Origin: Candidatus Bathyarchaeota archaeon
GTDB lineage: Archaea; Thermoproteota; Bathyarchaeia; Bathyarchaeales; Bathycorpusculaceae
Direction of reading: 5' to 3'
DNA length: 64,000 bases
Assembly: GCA_963767735.1 (NCBI GenBank)
Contig: CAVYES010000007.1
Span: 224,001 to 288,000 of the forward strand
Positions 21,127 to 30,672 of this stretch are shown here, piece after piece. Below the pieces are notes generated by a model. That model saw nothing but the letters and a program-made list of their open reading frames with translations, was not told the DNA's origin and searched no databases. How positions within the stretch are numbered: the stretch's first letter is position 1; the number at the start of each line of letters is the position of its first letter. The translations under genes and the position numbers were made by a program.

Positions 21127-21860
21127 CTTTTTGCCTCCTGCCAACCAAAATACAATTTAAACTTACTAATTGCATCATCAACTGTGAGACCATATTTTAT
21201 CAAAACTTCCTTGTGGGAATTCTCATTTGGATTGTCCACAAGACCTCGACACCCCCAACATATTGTTCCCTCATTTACACAGCACGAGTTGCAGCCAGCT
21301 CTAGTTACTGTTCCGACACAAAATTGACCGCGCTCGAAGGCGCATACGTTCTCGTTTTTCTTGCATTCAACGCAAACCGGGTAAGTTGTAATTTCCGGCT
21401 TCTTTCCCAGCAAGAGTGATTTGACAACGTGTAAGAAGTCTTCTTTGTCTATCGGACATCCATGAACGTAGGCATCAACGGGAATTACCGCATCTATCGG
21501 TCTTGCAGCGTAACTATCAAAGAGCTTCGCATTTTCGCCATACACAATTTTTTTGACGCTATCCAAATCTTTGTAGTTTTTAAGAGAGTTGATTCCGCCA
21601 ATTGTCGCGCATGATCCTATAGCAACAACGATTTTAGCGTTTTTTCTGATTGCTCTTAGTCGATCTTCGTCTTGTAACCTAGTGCAGGAGCCTTCAACAA
21701 AAGCTATGTCATAATTGTCGCTATGTTCTTTCATAACTTCTCTAAAGCTGACAACTTCAACTTGACCAAGAAGAGCTAAAATGTCTTCTTCGAGATTAGC
21801 TACTTGTAATTGGTCTCCTTCACAGCCTGCAAAATCAAAGAAAGCAACTTTAGGTTTCAT
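21123..21860 (-). CDS. hydD: Group 3b hydrogenase small (delta) subunit
   Basis: MKPKVAFFDFAGCEGDQLQ, VEGS, AIGSCATIGG, HGCP, VCVEC...C...C...TRAGC...CWGCRG; likely start ATG 21860. Confidence 0.88.
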   Translation of the reverse strand: MKPKVAFFDFAGCEGDQLQVANLEEDILALLGQVEVVSFREVMKEHSDNYDIAFVEGSCTRLQDEDRLRAIRKNAKIVVAIGSCATIGGINSLKNYKDLDSVKKIVYGENAKLFDSYAARPIDAVIPVDAYVHGCPIDKEDFLHVVKSLLLGKKPEITTYPVCVECKKNENVCAFERGQFCVGTVTRAGCNSCCVNEGTICWGCRGLVDNPNENSHKEVLIKYGLTVDDAISKFKLYFGWQEAKR

Positions 21861-21861
21861 T

Positions 21862-23787
21862 TTATAGAGCCTCCGGAACACCTTTTATTTTTGAATAATT
21901 AAAAACAGGACCGTCTTTACAGACGTAGATATGATTAATTTGGCAGTGACCGCACTTTCCGACACCGCATTTCATTCGTCTTTCAAGTGACATGATTATG
22001 TGATCATCGGGGACATTTCGTTTTTTCAGATCTGCAATCACAAATTTGTACATGACTGGAGGACCGCATAGTATCGATAGCGTCTTCTCTGGATCAAAAG
22101 AGACTTGAGGAATAAGCGTTGTGATTACACCTATGTTGCCGCTCCAAACTTCATTTTCAGGACACCAGTTTACTGTTGGTTTGAACTCAACATTTTCTTT
22201 GGACTCAATTGATGCCATTTCATCGCTAAAAAGCAGTTCCTTTGGCTCTTTACACCCGTAAAGCAGATAGACGCGACCATAGTCTTGCCTGTTGCCTCCG
22301 TCAAGAACATAATTGATCAGGGATCTGAGGGGTGCTATACCAAGACCACCCGCTACGAATAATAGGTCTTTGCCCTTTAGAGAGTCAACATCAAATCCGT
22401 TACCAAATGGACCTCTGATTCCTATTTTATCACCAATATTAAGCTGGTGCAATTTTGTGGTGACATTTCCTAACTTGCGTACGCAAACTTCGAATGTTTC
22501 TTTTTTTGTCGGTGAAGAGGATAAGGATATTGGCGCCTCGCCTATTCCAAAAACGGAGACTTCGACAAATTGGCCTGGTTTGTGATTAAGTTCTGATCCG
22601 TCGTCTAGTTTGATTTCAAACAGTGTTTCCATCGAAGTCATCGGCACTTTCTTGATTATGGTCGCTAACTTTGGTACGAAATTTATGTCTTCTTCCGTTT
22701 GAATGTTAACGTTTGGTTGAGCAGCAAAAGTTGCTATTTGCTCTCCACTGCTTTTGCTTTCTTGATACATGTCATTGAAGAGGTTAACTGGATTCGCTAT
22801 ATCTGGGAGGCAGTTTGAAGAACATCGTCCACAGCCAACGCAAGAAATAAAACCGAAACGATCAAACAAGTACTTTCCTTTTTTGAAATACCGATGGCGG
22901 TACCGTGTAGGTCTTGTAGCACGGAAATTTTCGCCTGACGCAATTTTCGCAAAATCTTCCAGTAAACAGCCATCCCACGTTCTGAATTTCTCACCATGCT
23001 CTAAGGAAAGATCAGGGTTATCTTTAACATCAAAACAATAACATGTTGGACACACTAGAACGCATGAACCACAAGCTAAACATTTTTCAGAATGCTTTTC
23101 CCAAAAGCCACTTTTCCCATAACTGTCCTTTAGTAATTCAGGAATGAGTTCAGGCGGAAAATCAAAATTTTGCTGAGACATACCCATAACTTCTCTTTTT
23201 TTCTGCCCAGCAATTTGCATGTCACGCGCCAATGCGGGTGTTACGTTTTTTGCGTATTTGGATAATAATTCTTCTCCTTTTTGAGAGCCAACGTTTATTG
23301 CATATCTATTACCCAAGTCTGTAAGCATAAGATCATAGCCATAATCTATGGCAGCGGAACCCATGAAAGAAGAAAAATTCCATTTCGACATTTTTTGAAT
23401 GTTAATGCCTATTATTATTGCTGCGTCTCGTTTCTTAAAATATTGGGAATCAGACTTTGTTTCCCTAAATATTTCATCCATGTGAAGTAGGGCTACGATG
23501 TCGTAGGGGTGAACTCCCACAAGTACCATTGGCTTGGTTTCTTCTGGATTTTTAGCGGAAAATCCATCTGACAAGTCATAGGTGAATAAGGTTTCGCGTT
23601 GAGGAAAGAAATATTTTTTCGGAGGGAGCAATGTTACGTCATAGTCAAGACGTAATTCTTCGGCGGATTCGAGAGGCGCAAAAGCAAATTTGTTCCCTCT
23701 TGATTTAACGCCAATAACGTTAAAGGATTCATCTTTTATTAAAGCATCTATAAAATTCTGGAAATCTCCTTTAGATATAATTTTCAT
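21862..23787 (-). CDS. Fused group 3b hydrogenase beta (4Fe-4S, AsrA/HydB-like) + gamma (FAD/NAD(P)-binding, 2Fe-2S) subunits
   Basis: N-half PPKKYFFP, CLACGSCVLVCPTCYCF, CVGCGRCSSNC; C-half KPGQF, GEAPIS, RGPFGNGF, AGGLGIAP, CGPPVM, ERRMKCGVGKCGHC..VCKDGPVF. Likely start ATG 23787 (track ORF extends to 23820). Confidence 0.9.
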   Translation of the reverse strand: MKIISKGDFQNFIDALIKDESFNVIGVKSRGNKFAFAPLESAEELRLDYDVTLLPPKKYFFPQRETLFTYDLSDGFSAKNPEETKPMVLVGVHPYDIVALLHMDEIFRETKSDSQYFKKRDAAIIIGINIQKMSKWNFSSFMGSAAIDYGYDLMLTDLGNRYAINVGSQKGEELLSKYAKNVTPALARDMQIAGQKKREVMGMSQQNFDFPPELIPELLKDSYGKSGFWEKHSEKCLACGSCVLVCPTCYCFDVKDNPDLSLEHGEKFRTWDGCLLEDFAKIASGENFRATRPTRYRHRYFKKGKYLFDRFGFISCVGCGRCSSNCLPDIANPVNLFNDMYQESKSSGEQIATFAAQPNVNIQTEEDINFVPKLATIIKKVPMTSMETLFEIKLDDGSELNHKPGQFVEVSVFGIGEAPISLSSSPTKKETFEVCVRKLGNVTTKLHQLNIGDKIGIRGPFGNGFDVDSLKGKDLLFVAGGLGIAPLRSLINYVLDGGNRQDYGRVYLLYGCKEPKELLFSDEMASIESKENVEFKPTVNWCPENEVWSGNIGVITTLIPQVSFDPEKTLSILCGPPVMYKFVIADLKKRNVPDDHIIMSLERRMKCGVGKCGHCQINHIYVCKDGPVFNYSKIKGVPEAL

Positions 23788-23964
23788 GTTTGAGGAACCC
23801 CGAAGAGATTTTGTTAGCATAACTGATGGGGATACATTTAACCTTTATGGAATAAATTCTCAAAATTAACATTTCTTCACTGTACATACTGTATATATTC
23901 ACATATAAGGCATTTTGACTATTTTACTTGACACAGCGCTAGCTTGATACATTTAACAGCCATA

Positions 23965-23979
23965 ATAAAACCGTTTTAT
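23965..23979. promoter_or_regulatory. 15-bp palindrome ATAAAAC-C-GTTTTAT upstream of the hydrogenase operon
   Basis: Perfect 7-bp arms. The 13-bp core ATAAAACCGTTTT recurs at 37843-37855, upstream of a RAM-domain gene. Confidence 0.4.
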
Positions 23980-24046
23980 CAGGCTCTTCGTTAGCAAAGC
24001 TATCCATTTTCATTTCTTAAAGCGTTAAGGTCTAACATAACTTCCT

Positions 24047-25030
24047 TTATTGTTCCGTCATCTTTCTTCTGAGGATTGATGACGGTAACGAGTACATATA
24101 GAAAGTTCCGATTGGATCTTTGATTTGGCTTATTAGATTCTCAACGTCTTCCTCAGTTTGATGCTCCTGTTCTTCTTCCAACCCGAGAATAGAGGCTAAC
24201 GCGCTAAGCATAGCTGCGCCCTGTTCTATCGAGTTCGGACAAGGCCCGCCGCATCCTGTGCAGGGCATGTCAACGGTCAAGCACTTAGCTTCGCATCCGC
24301 CGCGAGTTGCTGGTCCCATGCATATTATTCCCTGTTCAAGCAAGCACTTTTCCGGTTCAGGAGTCTTCTCATAAACGCGGTATATCTTTGAGATTCTTTT
24401 GTCTTCCTTTTTTCTTTGGCATTCGTCACACACAGACTTCAATGGTGCAAGCACCGAACCCTTTGGAGGCAGTGCATTTTTCGCTATGGCTTCAACGGCG
24501 TTCGCTATTAGTTTAACTGGAGGCGGACAGCCGGGAAGGTAGTAGTCCACCTCAACAGTCTGATCTAAAGTCTTCACAGTGTCGTAGAATTCTGGAAGCT
24601 TCAAGACGCCTTCTTTCACTTCAGTCTTGGTTTTTGGAAGCACTCTGTTTGGATTGGAGGTGGATTTGGTTTCCAAGTAGACCTTGTTGAAAATCTCTTT
24701 GCGATCATGGAGGTTTGCCAGTCCTGGTATGCACCCCTCTTGAGCGCAGGAGCCGAATGCTACAAGCGTCTTGGACTTTCGTCTCAGGAGTTTAGCCATG
24801 TGTTCTTGTTCTTCGCTTCTGACTGAACCGTTGAAGAAGCATATGTCTATGTATTTATCAGGCATGGCTTCGACGTCTTTGTACTTGACGTCCATGGCTA
24901 CAGGCCAGAACACTATGTCCGCTATTTGCACCACATCTAATATTTTCTCGTTTAAGTCCAACACTGCTATTTCGCAGCCGCCGCAACTTGCAGCCCAGTA
25001 GAAGCCCAGTTTCAATTTCTCTTTAGCCAT
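24047..25030 (-). CDS. mvhG: F420-non-reducing hydrogenase small subunit MvhG (group 3c)
   Basis: YWAASCGGCE, FWPVAMD, AFGSCA..GCIPGLANL, PGCPP, SVCDEC, CLLEQG..CMGPATRGGC...CTGCGG. Confidence 0.9.
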   Translation of the reverse strand: MAKEKLKLGFYWAASCGGCEIAVLDLNEKILDVVQIADIVFWPVAMDVKYKDVEAMPDKYIDICFFNGSVRSEEQEHMAKLLRRKSKTLVAFGSCAQEGCIPGLANLHDRKEIFNKVYLETKSTSNPNRVLPKTKTEVKEGVLKLPEFYDTVKTLDQTVEVDYYLPGCPPPVKLIANAVEAIAKNALPPKGSVLAPLKSVCDECQRKKEDKRISKIYRVYEKTPEPEKCLLEQGIICMGPATRGGCEAKCLTVDMPCTGCGGPCPNSIEQGAAMLSALASILGLEEEQEHQTEEDVENLISQIKDPIGTFYMYSLPSSILRRKMTEQ

Positions 25031-25043
25031 CTGTTTTTCCGCC

Positions 25044-25934
25044 TTAGCACACTTGCCTTAATATTTTTGAACAGTCAACTCGCAATTCATTGAAAGCTAA
25101 TTCATTAGGTGACATTCCCATTGCTAGGCCCAGCAATTGAGGATAATGCAGAATTGGAATACCGTAGACTTCATTGAACATCTTTTCAATACGCTGCTGA
25201 TTCGTGTCGTACATGATGTGACAGAACGGGCAGATCGTTATCATGGCTTGTGCATCTACTGCTTTGATGTGGGTCAACTTGTCCCTTGCCAACTGCAGGG
25301 CAACCTTGTCGCTCACTCCTACACTCGGGGCGCCACAGCATTCAGTTTCATCCATGTAATCCAGGCATGTGGCACCAGTCGCTTCGATCAGCTTTTTGAG
25401 TCCTGTGGGGTTTTCAGGGTCCTCGAACCCTACAATGTCTTTCGGCCTCAAAATGTGACAGCCGTTGTGCTCCGCAACCTTGACGTTCGATAGAGGTTTG
25501 ATCACTGAGCGTTTTATTTTTTCCAGGCCGATATCCTCGATCAGCACTTGCATCAGATGCTTCGAGTTCACCGTCCCCTTGAACTCTAAATTTGCCTCCT
25601 TCAAATTACTGTTTATTTCGTCACGCAGAGACTTATCCTGCTTCAGCATACTTTTGACCTTTCTCAAGGTTCCTGCGCAGCCTGGGCACAGTGTCAAAAT
25701 ATCCAAACCTTGCTGCTCTGCCAAAGACAAATTGCGTGCTGACAAGATGAGCATTGTTTCATGGCTGACGGGGTCTAATGGAAGCCCGCAGCAATTGAAC
25801 TCGGGCATTTCAACCAGTTCAACGCCAAGTTTAGCGAGCACTTTGCGTGCGGAAATCTCGTAAGCTGAAACGCGGTACGGGATAGCGCATCCAAGAAACA
25901 GGAGATACCTATGTTCGCCCATCTTACTCACCAT
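25044..25934 (-). CDS. hdrB: Heterodisulfide reductase subunit B
   Basis: Two CCG domains: FLGC, FNCCG, CPGC; HNGCH, ECCGA, CPFCH, HYPQLLGLAMG. Start may be ATG 25922. Confidence 0.92.
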   Translation of the reverse strand: MVSKMGEHRYLLFLGCAIPYRVSAYEISARKVLAKLGVELVEMPEFNCCGLPLDPVSHETMLILSARNLSLAEQQGLDILTLCPGCAGTLRKVKSMLKQDKSLRDEINSNLKEANLEFKGTVNSKHLMQVLIEDIGLEKIKRSVIKPLSNVKVAEHNGCHILRPKDIVGFEDPENPTGLKKLIEATGATCLDYMDETECCGAPSVGVSDKVALQLARDKLTHIKAVDAQAMITICPFCHIMYDTNQQRIEKMFNEVYGIPILHYPQLLGLAMGMSPNELAFNELRVDCSKILRQVC

Positions 25935-26439
25935 TCTTCTCGACGTGTTTCAGAAGGTGCACCCTTTGCAGAGTCTTCTTGATGCTTTCAGGATTGCTTT
26001 TAGGCAAAGGGGGAAGCCCCAGAATCTCGCGTTTCTTCAGCCTCAACTCCGGAATTTTGTATGCATAACCAGATTCCAGAATGCTTGCGCATTGGTCCTT
26101 GAATACCTGAGGCATGCAACCCTCTTGAGCCGCAAGATTTCTCAAGACACGAATGACACTTGCTACTTCAACGTCCTGAGGGCATCGGTCTGAGCACGTG
26201 AAGCATGCCGCGCAGAGCCATAAGGTGTCACTATGCAATACTCTTTCTCTTAGGCCAAGCTGGGTCATTCGAATTATCTGTCTGGGTCTGTAAGTGTCGC
26301 TGAACCTCGCGATGGGGCAATCTGACGTGCATGTTCCACATTGGAAACAGCGCATCAGCTTTTCACCACCCTGTATCTTTGAGATTTCATGTTTGAATTT
26401 AGGGTCAATTTCCGACTGTTTTATCGTTTCTGTTGTCAA
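25924..26439 (-). CDS. hdrC: Heterodisulfide reductase subunit C
   Basis: [12 protein letters not shown] and [16 protein letters not shown]; sits between mvhD and hdrB. Confidence 0.92.
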   Translation of the reverse strand: MTTETIKQSEIDPKFKHEISKIQGGEKLMRCFQCGTCTSDCPIARFSDTYRPRQIIRMTQLGLRERVLHSDTLWLCAACFTCSDRCPQDVEVASVIRVLRNLAAQEGCMPQVFKDQCASILESGYAYKIPELRLKKREILGLPPLPKSNPESIKKTLQRVHLLKHVEKNGE

Positions 26440-26873
26440 GTTTTTACCTCCTTAATCGTTAACGGGCTTGGTCCCAATTCCTTGATCTCTCTCACCATGT
26501 CACGGACTACGGCTGCGAATTTGTCTCCTTCGCTTGCGGAGATCCACTCCAACCTGACGCGTTTATTCTCAATACCGAACTCTTGTAGGACCTTTTTCAG
26601 AAGGGTTATCCTTCTTTTAGCTTTGAAATTTCCGTTGATGTAGTGGCAGTCTGAGGGCAAATGGCAACCTGCAATGAGCACGCCGTCGGCACCATCTTTG
26701 AAAGCTTTTAGGACAAAGGCTGGGTCAATTCTGCCACTGCACATTACTCGAACAATTACAATGTTCGGCGGATACTGGATCCTACTCACACCGGCTAGGT
26801 CCGCGCCTGCATAGCTACACCAGTTGCAGAGAAAACCGATTATCTTGGGTTCAAAACCGTCGGAGGCAGTCAT
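26436..26873 (-). CDS. mvhD: MvhD [2Fe-2S] subunit (standard length)
   Basis: [44 protein letters not shown]; ATG 26873 overlaps the hdrA stop (ATGA). Confidence 0.92.
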   Translation of the reverse strand: MTASDGFEPKIIGFLCNWCSYAGADLAGVSRIQYPPNIVIVRVMCSGRIDPAFVLKAFKDGADGVLIAGCHLPSDCHYINGNFKAKRRITLLKKVLQEFGIENKRVRLEWISASEGDKFAAVVRDMVREIKELGPSPLTIKEVKT

Positions 26874-29800
26874 CGTTCTTCCTCCAGCAATGCAGCGTCG
26901 ATCTGTGCAAGAATTTCTTCGTTCGTGAAGTGCCCTAATGTAATGGCTTTGGTTGGACAGGCTGTGCCGCAGGAACCACACCCTTTGCATACTGCTTCTA
27001 ACACGTGCGCAACGGGCTTGCCGTTCTTAATTTGAATTTCAACCGCTCCATAGGGGCACAGATGCTCGCAAATCCTGCAGCCACTGCATAAATCTTCGAC
27101 CACACTTGCAATGGTTCCTTCCGTCTCAAGTGTTTTCTTCGAAAGCACCGTAGTGGCCCTGGACGCAGCTGCACATGCCTGAGCAATGCTCTCGTCTAAG
27201 TACTTTGGTGAGTGCGCCATACCACAGAGAAAGACTCCGTCCGTGGCAAAATCAACGGGTCTGAGCTTCATGTGCGCTTCCAAGAAGAACCCATCCTTCG
27301 TTAGGGGCACCTTCAGCATCTCTGCCAGGTGCTTGTTTCCGGGATTGGGAACCGTCGCTGCGCTTAAAACCACTAGGTCAGGTTCTAGTTCAACTTCCTG
27401 CTTTAAGACTGGGTCCCAGAAGACAGCCCTGAGCTTTCCGTTGTCTATTGTGATGCGTGGTTTTCTTTCCTCGTCGTAACTTATGAAAAGAGTGCCTTTC
27501 GCCGCCGACTCGCGGTAGAAGTCTTCCTTAAAACCGTAAGTTCTCATGTCCTTGTAAAGAATGTAGACCTCCGTTTCCGGGTCTGTTTCTTTGATTTTGA
27601 GAGCGTTTTTTGTGGCTTGTCCGCAGCATATTCGTGCGCAATTCGGTTTTTCCTTGTTTCTTGCTCCAACGCACTGGATCATCACTACGCTTTTGGCCTT
27701 GAATTGGCCTTTGGCGAGGGTTTTTTCCAGTTCGTGCTGCGTTATTATCCTTGGGTCTTCACCGTAGAGGTATTCTGTAGGCGTGTATTCCATGGCCCCT
27801 GTGGCTACGATAATTATTCCGTGTTCGAGTTCCTTCAGCATGTTTGGCTGCTTTATCTTGGACTTGAAGTTGCCTACGAACCCGTAGACGTCTAAGACCT
27901 CTGCCTCTGTGTAAATGTGAATGTTTTCGTTTTTCTTAACCTGCTCGATCAGCTCGTGGAGTTTCTTTTGGGGATCAGTCTTCTCCCCCAGCAGGTAATA
28001 GATGTTGCGCAGGTGACCGCCCAACTCCGGCTCCTTCTCGACAAGGTGTACTTCAAACCCTTGCTTGGCGAGCTCTAAGGCTGCAGTCATTCCTGAAACC
28101 CCGCCGCCTATGACTAAGCCAACTTGAGTGACGTTTATGAGTGGCTTCTTCAAAGGTTTCAAAAGGTTGGCCTTAGCGGTAATCGAACGCACGAGATCCT
28201 TGGCTTTCTTGGTTGCTTCTTTCGGTTGGTGCATGTGGACCCAGCTGCATTGGTCGCGGATGTTCGTCATTTCAAACAAGTACGGATTCAATCCAGCTTC
28301 CTGCACCGTTTCCTTGAATAGTGGTTCATGAGTTCGCGGAGTGCACGACGCCACAACGACACGGTTAAGCTTGTTCTGCACAATCTTTTCTTTGATGAGC
28401 TTCTGTGTGTCCTGCGAACACGTGTAAACGTTCGCTTCCGCATAAACAACGTTGGGCAAAGTCTTGGCGTACTCCACAACCTCGGGAACATTCACCACTC
28501 CGCCAATGTTGATTCCGCAGTGACAAATGAAGACGCCGATTCGAGGTGGCTCTCGAAGGACATCTCTTTCCGGCGGGTAACTTCGCGCTGTAACTTGAGT
28601 TCCTCTGGCGCTAGCGATTATGCTCATAGCTTTGGCTGCAGCCCCGCTTGCTTGCGCCACGCTCTCTGGGATGTCTTTAGGCGCGGAAAAAGCCCCGCAA
28701 ACGAATATGCCTGGTTTTGACGTGCTCATCGGGGCGAACGTTTGAGTTTCGCAAAAATTATATTGGTTAAGCTCAATTCCCAGAACGTCTGCGAGTTCTT
28801 CTATATTTTTCGGAGGAATGCATACCTATGGACAGGACTACCATGTCGAACTCTTCGTTCACGGGCGTTTCATCTTTGACGTAGTGAACAAAAAGATTAC
28901 CAGTGGCTGGGTCCTCGGTGACTGAACCTGCGCGTGAACGCATAAATCTTATGCCATACTCTTCTTCAGCACGGTTGCGATATTCGTCAAATTCCTTTCC
29001 ATACGAACGCATGTCCATGTAAAAAATTGATGCCGCGAGCGGCGTGGGCGTGTGCTCCTTTGCTATCACCGCTTCTTTGATCCCATACATGCAACAAGCT
29101 GCAGAACAATATTTGTTTCCAACCTTATAATCCCTTGAACCCACACACTGAACGAACGCAACTCTTTTCGGTATTTCACCGTCTGAGGGCCGCAAGACAA
29201 GCCCGCCGTAAGGTCCAGAAGCACTCAATATACGTTCGAATTCGATGCTGTTAACCACGTTTGGGTAGCGTCCGTACCCATATTCAGTTTTGAGCCTTGC
29301 GTCGAAAGGTTCGAAGCCCGGCGCGAGTATTATTGAGCCTACCCTCAGTTTGACTTGGCTGTCTTTCTGGTCATACTGAATTGCACCAGCCTTACAGACT
29401 TCCTCGCAAGTTCCGCATCCGATGCATTTTTCGCGGTCGATCAGGTACTTCAGCGGTACAGCCTGCGGATATTCAACGTAAACCGCGCCTTTCTGTCCGA
29501 GCCCTTCATTGAAAGAATCAACCGCTTCAATAGGACACTTCTGGGCGCACAGACCGCATCCGTTACACTTTTCCTCGATTATGAAACGGCTCTTTCGTCG
29601 AAGCCCAACTTCAAAGTTCCCGGCTTGGCCACTCAAATTCGCTATCTCAGCGTTCGTCAGGATTGTGATGTTCGGGTGTCTTCCGGTAGCCACAAGCTTG
29701 GGCGAAAGAATACACATTGAACAATCATTTGTAGGAAATGTCTTGTCAAGCTGGGCCATCACACCGCCGATGCTGGGTCCTTTATCTATAAGGTACACCC

Positions 29801-29891
29801 TGAACCCTGAATCAGCAAGGTCAAGTGAAGCCTGAATGCCCGCAACGCCGCCGCCAACAACCATTACCGCGCCGATTTTCTCGTCAACCAT
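26870..29891 (-). CDS. hdrA: Large tandem HdrA-like flavoprotein (~1000 aa, two FAD modules) with one +1 frameshift near 28818
   Basis: ORF 28773-29891 ([17 protein letters not shown], ferredoxin insert, QCVGSR) continues in the +1 frame as [36 protein letters not shown] into ORF 26870-28729 ([31 protein letters not shown]-terminal 2x4Fe-4S). Confidence 0.88.
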
Positions 29892-29897
29892 CTGCTA

Positions 29898-30668
29898 TTA
29901 CGCCTCCAAAGCCTTGTAGAAAGGCGTGTTCCCTTCAATGTGATCAACCGTAATCATGTTTCTTCTCCGCATTGCAACAATATGCTTGAGAACATCGCTC
30001 GGTTTCAGCTCGGTGGCCGCCGCCAGAGCCCTGATCGGCAACGAGTTGTTCCTCGTTAAAACATGAATCTTGTGACGCAGGAATTCGGCTTCAACTGCCT
30101 CGTCGAGAAGGTCCTCAAATTCCTCTTGAAGGACTTTTTCACCATAGACATTGCTTTTTTCGGTTAACTCCCTTTCCTTGCCAACTAGAACCCTTAGCCT
30201 GAAACCTGCAGCAACATCTATTGCAGCCGCAAGATTCTCAATCATCTTCGGGTCTGGTTTAGTTCCAGATAAGGGAGACGGACCCAGCTTCCTTATTCGT
30301 TCCGTAAATTGCGTCACTACTTGGGCGAATCTTTGGCCTTCCGATGCTGAAACCCATTCGAGTTCTAACCTTTCTGAACCCAAACCGCTCAGCGTCAACA
30401 GTTTTTTGAGCAGTTTAATTTTTTTCTCTTCATAAAGATTTCCTTCCGAGTAGTGGCAGTCGCCGGGGTGGCATCCCAAGACAATGACTCCGTCGGCGCC
30501 TTGGGCGAAAACTTGTAGAGGGATCACCGGGTCTATTCTTCCGCTACACATAACTCTTACCACTCGAATGTTAGAGGGATACTGAATTCTGCTTACACCG
30601 GCTAGGTCTGCGCCTGCATAACTGCACCAGTTGCAGAGAAAACCGATTATCTTGGGTTCGAATTCCAC
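29898..30668 (-). CDS. mvhD: MvhD with ~120-aa C-terminal extension (possible winged helix)
   Basis: MvhD motifs in the first ~135 aa, followed by RLRVLVGKERELTEKSNVYGE and LPIRALAAATELKPSDVLKHIVAMRRRNMITV. Confidence 0.85.
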   Translation of the reverse strand: MEFEPKIIGFLCNWCSYAGADLAGVSRIQYPSNIRVVRVMCSGRIDPVIPLQVFAQGADGVIVLGCHPGDCHYSEGNLYEEKKIKLLKKLLTLSGLGSERLELEWVSASEGQRFAQVVTQFTERIRKLGPSPLSGTKPDPKMIENLAAAIDVAAGFRLRVLVGKERELTEKSNVYGEKVLQEEFEDLLDEAVEAEFLRHKIHVLTRNNSLPIRALAAATELKPSDVLKHIVAMRRRNMITVDHIEGNTPFYKALEA

Positions 30669-30672
30669 TAAC

